Part shown: piece by piece, positions 58,135 to 64,000 of the stretch
Numbering within the stretch: the first letter of the stretch is position 1
Layout: each line of letters begins with the position of its first letter
NCBI GenBank assembly: GCA_033764015.1
Contig: JANRJK010000023.1
Span: forward strand, 32,001 to 96,000
Direction of reading: 5' to 3'
From: Candidatus Sumerlaeia bacterium
GTDB lineage: Bacteria; Sumerlaeota; Sumerlaeia; SLMS01; JANRJK01
Length of the DNA: 64,000 nucleotides
Notes under the pieces: model-generated
Database searches by the model: none
Told to the model about the DNA's origin: nothing
Seen by the model: the letters and a program-made list of their open reading frames with translations, nothing else
Translations under genes and position numbers: made by a program

Positions 58135-59394
58135 CTACAGCCCGGGCTTCTCCACCGCCTCCAGCGAGTCGAGGCTCCGCCGCCCCGTCCTCGCCTTCCA
58201 GGCCGCCACCCGCTCGTCCCAGTAGAACTCCTTCCACAGCACCCGCAGGATCGCCGCCAGCGGCACCGCCACGATCATACCCATCAGCCCGAAGCTGGCG
58301 CCCGCGAACAGCGCCAGGATCACCACCACGGGATGCAGCTGCGCCGACTTGCCGACGATCTTCGGCTGGAAGATCCACCCGTCGATCTGCTGGATCACGA
58401 TGAAGAGCCCCAGCGCCGCCCCCGACCAAGCCAGCTTGTCGTTCAGCGTCTGGTGGTCGTCCGAAAGGAGCATGTACAGCACCGCCGGCGCCCCCGCCAG
58501 CACCGGGCCGAGGTACGGGATCAGGTTGCCCACGATCGCCACCACCCCGATCAGCACCGCGTAGCGCCCCATGCCGAGCGCCGTCAGCCCCGCCATCACC
58601 AGCAGCCCCACCAGCACCGCCGAGATCAGTTGCCCGCGCAGGAACCCGCCCACCGCCCCGTCGCACTTCTCCAGCACGTGGAACGTACGCGCCGCGTGCC
58701 GCTCCGGGATCATCACCTCCATGGTGCTGCGGAACTTCCCGAAGTCGACGATCAGGTAGAAGCTGATCAGGACCACGAAGACCAGGAACGTCGCCGAGGC
58801 GATGGTGCCGGAGATGGCGGTCCAAAGGCCGCCCAGCACCATGCCGAGGAACTCGACGCCGCCGCTCGCCGCCTTCTGCGCCGCCTGCTGCACGTCCCCG
58901 CTCTGCGCGGCGCGCTCCAGCAGCGCCTTGTAGTCCACACCGTGGCGCACCAGCAGCTCGTTCAGCCGCGGCCACACCTCGTCCGGAGGGATGCCGCGCG
59001 ACTCCAGGAACTCGTTCGCGCGCGCCGGGAGCGTCTCCGTGATCCCCGTCACGGCGGCCTGCGTCTGCTTGTAGAGGATCGGCACCACCAGCCCCAGGAA
59101 GGTCCCCACCGCCAGCGCGGAGATCAGGTAGAACACCAGCAGCGCGCCGGTCCGCTGCAGCCGCAGCCGCACCGCCAGGAACGTCACGACCGGATTCAGG
59201 ATGTACGCGATCACCACCGCGACCAGGAACGGCAGCACCAGGTTGATGGCGAAGCGCAGCAGCGGCCACAGCGCGATCAGCGCCAGCACGGAGCCGGCGG
59301 CGATCAGCATGTAGCCGATCGTCAGCGCCACGCCGCGCAGCTTCGGATCGAGCGCCACGTAAGTCGTCGGTTGCTGCGGAGCGGGATTCTCCAT
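58135..59394 (-). CDS. AI-2E family transporter (PerM/TqsA-like)
   Basis: IAYILNPVV, GGFLRGQL, NLIPYLGP, QQIDG..FQPKIVG, LHPVVVILAL, AVPLAA. Confidence 0.92.
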   Translation of the reverse strand: MENPAPQQPTTYVALDPKLRGVALTIGYMLIAAGSVLALIALWPLLRFAINLVLPFLVAVVIAYILNPVVTFLAVRLRLQRTGALLVFYLISALAVGTFLGLVVPILYKQTQAAVTGITETLPARANEFLESRGIPPDEVWPRLNELLVRHGVDYKALLERAAQSGDVQQAAQKAASGGVEFLGMVLGGLWTAISGTIASATFLVFVVLISFYLIVDFGKFRSTMEVMIPERHAARTFHVLEKCDGAVGGFLRGQLISAVLVGLLVMAGLTALGMGRYAVLIGVVAIVGNLIPYLGPVLAGAPAVLYMLLSDDHQTLNDKLAWSGAALGLFIVIQQIDGWIFQPKIVGKSAQLHPVVVILALFAGASFGLMGMIVAVPLAAILRVLWKEFYWDERVAAWKARTGRRSLDSLEAVEKPGL

Positions 59395-59515
59395 CGATCC
59401 GCCTCCTGGGTCGGGTCGCGTTGAATACCCCCTTGCCGCGGCGGTATTCAACGCAAGGGCCCAAGGGGCGCGCCCCGCCCCCACTGGCTCAACCCGTTTC
59501 CGGAAGGACCCCGCC

Positions 59516-59683
59516 ATGAAGCGCTACAAGTTCGTCTGCACCATCGACCTCGGCGACGTGCTCCTGCAGGCGGTCCTGTGGGCGCTCCTGATCTTCGTGA
59601 CCTGCGGCCTGGCGGCGCCGCTCTTCGGCTACTACTTCGTCCGGCTGCTGATCAACCACACCGAGATGCACGAGATCGCCTGA
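59516..59683 (+). CDS. Small membrane protein, 55 aa (DUF898/DUF6693-like repeat unit; not in ORF track)
   Basis: AAGGA SD; MKRYKFVCTIDLGDVLLQAVLWALLIFVTCGLAAPLFGYYFVRLLINHTEMHEIA*; strong GC3 codon bias. Confidence 0.75.
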   Translation: MKRYKFVCTIDLGDVLLQAVLWALLIFVTCGLAAPLFGYYFVRLLINHTEMHEIA

Positions 59684-59703
59684 CCCCGCTCCCGGGGCCC
59701 GGG

Positions 59704-60504
59704 CTAGCGTAGCAGCTCGTTCAGCTCCACCTTCGCGTCGGTCCGCGGATCGCGGTACTTCTTGACGACCAGCGCGTAGGTCGACACGCGCGAGCCCTCC
59801 GCCGCGTAGGCGCCCGGCACCACCACCGCCCCCGCCGGCACCTCGCCCCGGAACGTCCCGCCCCCCGCCTCGTCGATGATCCGCGTCGAGCGCGTCGCGT
59901 GGCACCCCGGCGCCAGCACCGCGCCCTCCCCGACGTGCACGCCCTCCAGCACCGAGCTGTTCGCGCCGACGAACGCGCGGTCCTCGATGATCACCGGGTC
60001 CGCGTTCAGCGGCTCGAGCACGCCGCCGACCACGACGCCGGCGCTCACATGGCAGTCCGCGCCCACCTGCGCGCAGCTCCCCACGGTGGCGAAGCTGTCG
60101 ATCATCGTCCGCGCGCCGACATAGGCCCCGATGTTCACGAAGCACGGCATCAGGATCGCGCCCGGCGCGATGTGGGCGCCCTCCCGGACCACCGTCGGCG
60201 GCACCACCCGCACGCCCCGCCGCTGCCAGTCGTCCAGCAGCCGGATCTTGTCGTGGAACTGCAGCGGTCCCGCGTTGGTCACGCGCATCGGCGCGGTGCG
60301 GAAGTACAGCAGCACCGCCTTGCGCACCCAGTCGCGCACCTCCCAGCCCCCCGCGCCCTTCTCCGCGACGCGTAGTTCGCCGCTCTCCAGCAGGCGCAGC
60401 ACGCGGTCGATCGACTGCCCCAGCCCCGGGTCGGGGGCGCCCGCCCCGCGGGTGTTCCAGGCGGCCGCCACGGCCGCCTCCAGCTCGGCGGTTTCCTGCG
60501 TCAT
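59704..60504 (-). CDS. dapD: 2,3,4,5-tetrahydropyridine-2,6-dicarboxylate N-succinyltransferase
   Basis: LESGELRVAE, WVRKAVLLYF, VRVVP, FVNIGAYVG..TMIDS.ATVGSCAQ, GGVLEP. Confidence 0.95.
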   Translation of the reverse strand: MTQETAELEAAVAAAWNTRGAGAPDPGLGQSIDRVLRLLESGELRVAEKGAGGWEVRDWVRKAVLLYFRTAPMRVTNAGPLQFHDKIRLLDDWQRRGVRVVPPTVVREGAHIAPGAILMPCFVNIGAYVGARTMIDSFATVGSCAQVGADCHVSAGVVVGGVLEPLNADPVIIEDRAFVGANSSVLEGVHVGEGAVLAPGCHATRSTRIIDEAGGGTFRGEVPAGAVVVPGAYAAEGSRVSTYALVVKKYRDPRTDAKVELNELLR

Positions 60505-60610
60505 GTCGTTCTTGCCAGCGGCGTGGGATCGTGCGCTACGGTGGATTACTAACAATCGGCGGCCCGCAGCGCAGCAACGGCGGACACACCGCGTCAATGC
60601 GAGGAGCACC

Positions 60611-61078
60611 GTGTTCTTCTTGGCCAACTTCTCCTTCCTCGAGCCCGGCGTGCTCGCCGGCAGCGGCCTTCCCGGCCTCTACGGCTCCGTCGAGGACGAC
60701 CTCTCCTTCGCCCGCGCGCAGGGCATCCGCGCCGTCGTTTCCCTCACCGAAAGCCCCCTCGACGAGGAGACCGTCTCCGCGGCGCGGCTCGACTACCTCC
60801 ACATCCCCGTCGTGGACCGGACGGCGCCCTCGGTCGAGCAGATCCAGCAGTTCATCGTGTTCGTCCAGCAGCGGCAGGCGGAGGGGAAGCCGGTGCTGGT
60901 GCACTGCCTCGCGGGCATCGGCCGCACCGGGACCATGCTGGCGGCGTGGCTGATCTCGAAGGGCCTCGCGGCGGACGAGGCGATCCGCACCGTCCGCGAG
61001 GCGCGCCCCCCCAGCATCGAGACGACGTCGCAGGTGGTCGCGCTCCGCCAGTACGAGGCGACCTTCCGCGCGCCCTAG
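60611..61078 (+). CDS. Dual-specificity/Cdc14-like protein phosphatase
   Basis: GAGGAG SD + GTG; VHCLAGIGRTG (HCX5R) motif; SIET..Q. Confidence 0.92.
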   Translation: MFFLANFSFLEPGVLAGSGLPGLYGSVEDDLSFARAQGIRAVVSLTESPLDEETVSAARLDYLHIPVVDRTAPSVEQIQQFIVFVQQRQAEGKPVLVHCLAGIGRTGTMLAAWLISKGLAADEAIRTVREARPPSIETTSQVVALRQYEATFRAP

Positions 61079-62877
61079 TCGATCTCGCTCTCGTTGAAGT
61101 TCAGGCGCTTGAGCACGATCAGCGTGAAGTCGTCGAACTGGTCCGCGGTCCCCCGGTGCCGGATGCACGTCTGGTAGATCGCGTTCCGGATCTCCTCCGC
61201 GGAGAGGTGCTGCTTGTCGCGCACCAGCTCGTAGAAGCGCTCGTTGCCGAACGCCTCGCCTTCCGGCGAAAGGATGTCCGTCACGCCGTCGGTGTAGAGC
61301 ACCACCACGCCGCCGGGGGGGATCACCTCGCTGTCGGACTGGAACTCGACGTCGTCCATGATGCCGAGGAACACGCCGCCCGCGCGCAGGAACTTCATCT
61401 CGCCGTTCGGCAGCAGCAGGATCGGGAACGCGTGCCCGGCGTTCACGAACTCGAAGTGCCCCTCCACCGGGTCCAGGTAGAGCGCCACCATCGTGACGTA
61501 CATCGAGCCGCCGGCGACGTCCCGCAGCACCATGCGGTTGATGCGCGACATCGTCTGCAGGATCGATATCTCCGGATGCTGCGTCTCCGACTGAAGGTAG
61601 GAGCGCGTCGTCGCGGTCAGGATCGCCGCGGACACGCCCTTGCCCGAGACGTCCGCGATGGCGAGGCAGAGGCGCCCGTCCGGCAGGTGCAGGAAGTCGT
61701 AGTAGTCCCCTCCCACCTGCTTCGCGGGGAGCGACATCGCGCTGAGCTGGTACCCGGGGATGTCCGGGTAGGTCTTCGGCAGCAGGTTCATCTGGATGTT
61801 GCGCGCGATTTCCATCTCGCGGGCGACCTTGTGCTGCTCGACAAGCTGCGAGTGGAGCCGCGCGTTCACGATCGCGACCGCGGCCTGGTTCGCGATCGAC
61901 GTCAGCAGCTCCAGCTCCTCGTTCGTGAACGCCATCGCGCGCGACTGCGTGTCGATGTACACCACGCCGAGCGCTTCGTTCTTGTACAGGATCGGCGCCA
62001 CCATCGCCGTGCGGATCCGGTTCATGATCACGGACTCGGAGGCGCTGAAGCGCATGTCCGCCGCCGCGTCCGACACCAGCAGCGAGATCCCCTCGTTCAC
62101 CGCGCGCTGCGTGATCGACTTGCTGATGTGCACGTCGCGCGTGTCGCCGGACTGCGTGTCCATGGACTTCACGACGACCGGCTCCAGCTCGCCGGTAGCC
62201 GGGTTGTTGAGCAGGATGTAGCCGCGGTCCGGATGGAGCATCGACTGGATGATCTCCATGATCCGGTTCAGCAGCTCCTCGAGCGTGAACACGGAGCGCA
62301 CCGCGTCTGTGACCTTGTACATGACCTCCAGCCGGCGGTTGAGCTCGTGCATCTCCTCCGCGGTGGCGCCGCGGAGCGGCGCGGAGATCATCGTGCCCTG
62401 GGTGGGGTCGAAGCCGGCGCGGACGGAGTTGCGCGCGCGGCCCCACTGCTGCTCCTCGACGACCCGGAAGCCGCTGCTCGAGCTGCTCGAGGGCGAGCTG
62501 CTCTCGAGGCCGTGGCCCGTCGAGTCGGAGCCGGTCGCGCCGCTCGCGTCGGTCCCGTCGCGGCGCTTCGGCGGCGCCCCCGGGACGCCGTCGGCCATGT
62601 AGACCAGGTCCGTGTCGCCGAAGGAGATGCGGTCGTTCTGCCGCAGCTCGACCATGCCGATCACAGGCTCGCCGTTCACCAGCGTGCCGTTCTTCGAGCC
62701 GAGGTCCTTCAGCAGGATGCGCGCGCCGTTCTGGTGCAGTTCCGCGTGGTTGCGGGACATGCGCCGGTCGACGATCTGGATGTGGTTGGTGACGCTTCGG
62801 CCCACGGTGGCGACGGGCTGGTCCAGTTCGTAAACCCGTCCCTTGTCCGGGCCGTTCTCGACGATGAGGCGGTGCAT
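61075..62877 (-). CDS. FHA-GAF-SpoIIE (PP2C/RsbU-like) phosphatase
   Basis: FHA (GR...SRNHA...DLGSKNGT), GAF, VGGDYYD, ADVSGKG, NAGH, YTDGV, DDFT. Confidence 0.95.
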   Translation of the reverse strand: MHRLIVENGPDKGRVYELDQPVATVGRSVTNHIQIVDRRMSRNHAELHQNGARILLKDLGSKNGTLVNGEPVIGMVELRQNDRISFGDTDLVYMADGVPGAPPKRRDGTDASGATGSDSTGHGLESSSPSSSSSSGFRVVEEQQWGRARNSVRAGFDPTQGTMISAPLRGATAEEMHELNRRLEVMYKVTDAVRSVFTLEELLNRIMEIIQSMLHPDRGYILLNNPATGELEPVVVKSMDTQSGDTRDVHISKSITQRAVNEGISLLVSDAAADMRFSASESVIMNRIRTAMVAPILYKNEALGVVYIDTQSRAMAFTNEELELLTSIANQAAVAIVNARLHSQLVEQHKVAREMEIARNIQMNLLPKTYPDIPGYQLSAMSLPAKQVGGDYYDFLHLPDGRLCLAIADVSGKGVSAAILTATTRSYLQSETQHPEISILQTMSRINRMVLRDVAGGSMYVTMVALYLDPVEGHFEFVNAGHAFPILLLPNGEMKFLRAGGVFLGIMDDVEFQSDSEVIPPGGVVVLYTDGVTDILSPEGEAFGNERFYELVRDKQHLSAEEIRNAIYQTCIRHRGTADQFDDFTLIVLKRLNFNESEID

Positions 62878-63189
62878 GGGGGCGTGTCCGGGCGTGCGGC
62901 TCCGCTGCCGTGGATGATGCGGATCGACTCGATCAGGAAGAGTTTTCCGTGCCCGGTACCGGCGCAATCCCGGAATCCCCGCCCGGGCAAATCCGACTTG
63001 ACCGGTCCGGTCCCCGGAAGTGTTTAGTAAATTGAACGATAGCGCGGCCCCCGGCGGCTCCCCGCCCCCAAGACCGCCAACGCTCCCAACCACACACCGC
63101 ACGGTTCGTTTCTTGTTTGCGGAACCGTCGCGGGCGATTTAGTAAAGCGCTTGACGCGCCAAGCCCCGAACGGAGCAACACCCGTGAGC

Positions 63190-64000
63190 ATGACCGCCCC
63201 CGAACTCGAAACCTCCAGCGCCGAGGAGCGCACCCTGCGCGAATCGGTCCGCGAGTTCGCCCTCGAGGAGATCCTTCCCCGCGTCCGGGAGCTCGAGCAC
63301 GCCAAGCGCCTCCCCCCGGAGCTGTTCCGCAAGCTCGGCGAAATGGGCCTCCTCGCCATGATCTACCCGGAAGCCTACGGCGGCGCCGGCATGGACTACC
63401 GCCTGATGGCGGCGTCGATCGAGGAGCTGGCCCGCGTCTGCCCCGGCGCCGCGCTCTCCGTCGCCGCCACCAACTCGCTCGCCGCCGGCCAGATCTTCCT
63501 CTTCGGCACCGAGGAGCAGCGGCTCCGCTGGATGCCCGGCATCGCCAGCGGCGCCAAGACCGCCTCCTGGGGCCTCACGGAGCCCGACGCGGGCAGCGAC
63601 TCCTTCCGCCTCGCCTCGCGCGCCGAACGCGCCCCCGGCGGCTGGATCCTCAACGGCCGCAAGTCACTCATCACGCACGCCTCCTTCTGCGACCTCGCCG
63701 TCGTCATGGCCATGACCGACGCCGGCTCCGGCCGCGACGGCATCACCGCCTTCGTCGTCGAACGCGGCATGAAGGGCTTCGAGTCCGGCAAGACCGAGGA
63801 GAAGCTCGGCATGTGCGCCAGCGACACCGGCGACCTGGTCTTCCGCGACTGCTTCGTGCCGGACGCGAACGTCGTGGGCGCTCCGGGCATGGGCGGGCGC
63901 CACGCGCTCGGCGTCCTCGACGGCGGGCGCATCGGCATCGCCGCGCTCGCGGTGGGCCTCGCGCAGGGCGCCATGGACGCCTCCATCGCCTACGCGCACC
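63190..64000 (+). CDS. Acyl-CoA dehydrogenase (partial, runs off the window; not in ORF track)
   Basis: Read directly: MTAPELE...LGEMGLL...PEAYGGAG, WGLTEPDAGSD, WILNGRK..IT, KLGM.ASDT, LDGGRIGIAA. Confidence 0.95.
   Translation, partial: MTAPELETSSAEERTLRESVREFALEEILPRVRELEHAKRLPPELFRKLGEMGLLAMIYPEAYGGAGMDYRLMAASIEELARVCPGAALSVAATNSLAAGQIFLFGTEEQRLRWMPGIASGAKTASWGLTEPDAGSDSFRLASRAERAPGGWILNGRKSLITHASFCDLAVVMAMTDAGSGRDGITAFVVERGMKGFESGKTEEKLGMCASDTGDLVFRDCFVPDANVVGAPGMGGRHALGVLDGGRIGIAALAVGLAQGAMDASIAYAH

Overview
GC-rich bacterial chromosomal window. The repeated AFTL(I/V)ELL..AIIAILAAIAVPNFL.AQ.R prepilin-like genes ending in YDPTNGT suggest a Sumerlaeota/BRC1-like lineage, but this is inference only. 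The left part (~1-38.7 kb) is an accessory mosaic. It holds a sigma54-controlled AhpD/hydrolase stress cluster, several secreted proteins sharing a short C-terminal G-aromatic/hydrophobic motif, and a 186-bp direct repeat bracketing an LVIVD gene. It also holds queD, an ECF sigma/pilin pair, and a tightly coupled 5-gene operon (secreted beta-sandwich repeat protein, transglutaminase-7TM, ATP-grasp ligase, TPR protein, propeller/TolC-like protein) that looks like a peptide-polymer synthesis/export system. Gene remnants (phage-like, cytochrome c, KdpE-like, IS481-like), a Ser/Thr kinase-TPR and an MmeI-like RM enzyme with a low-GC specificity domain complete this part. The right part (~38.7-64 kb) is mostly housekeeping: aroB, aspS, tRNA-Pro(CGG), hprK, glycosyltransferases, a histidine kinase, a divergent cobA/hemD, pepF, accCB, dapD, phosphatases and an acyl-CoA dehydrogenase. 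Immediately after tRNA-Pro, a 641-bp repeat-bounded insert carries an unannotated 54-aa hydrophobic ORF resembling a type I toxin. No CRISPR array or rRNA was seen. Family assignments come from motif recognition by eye; no database searches were run.
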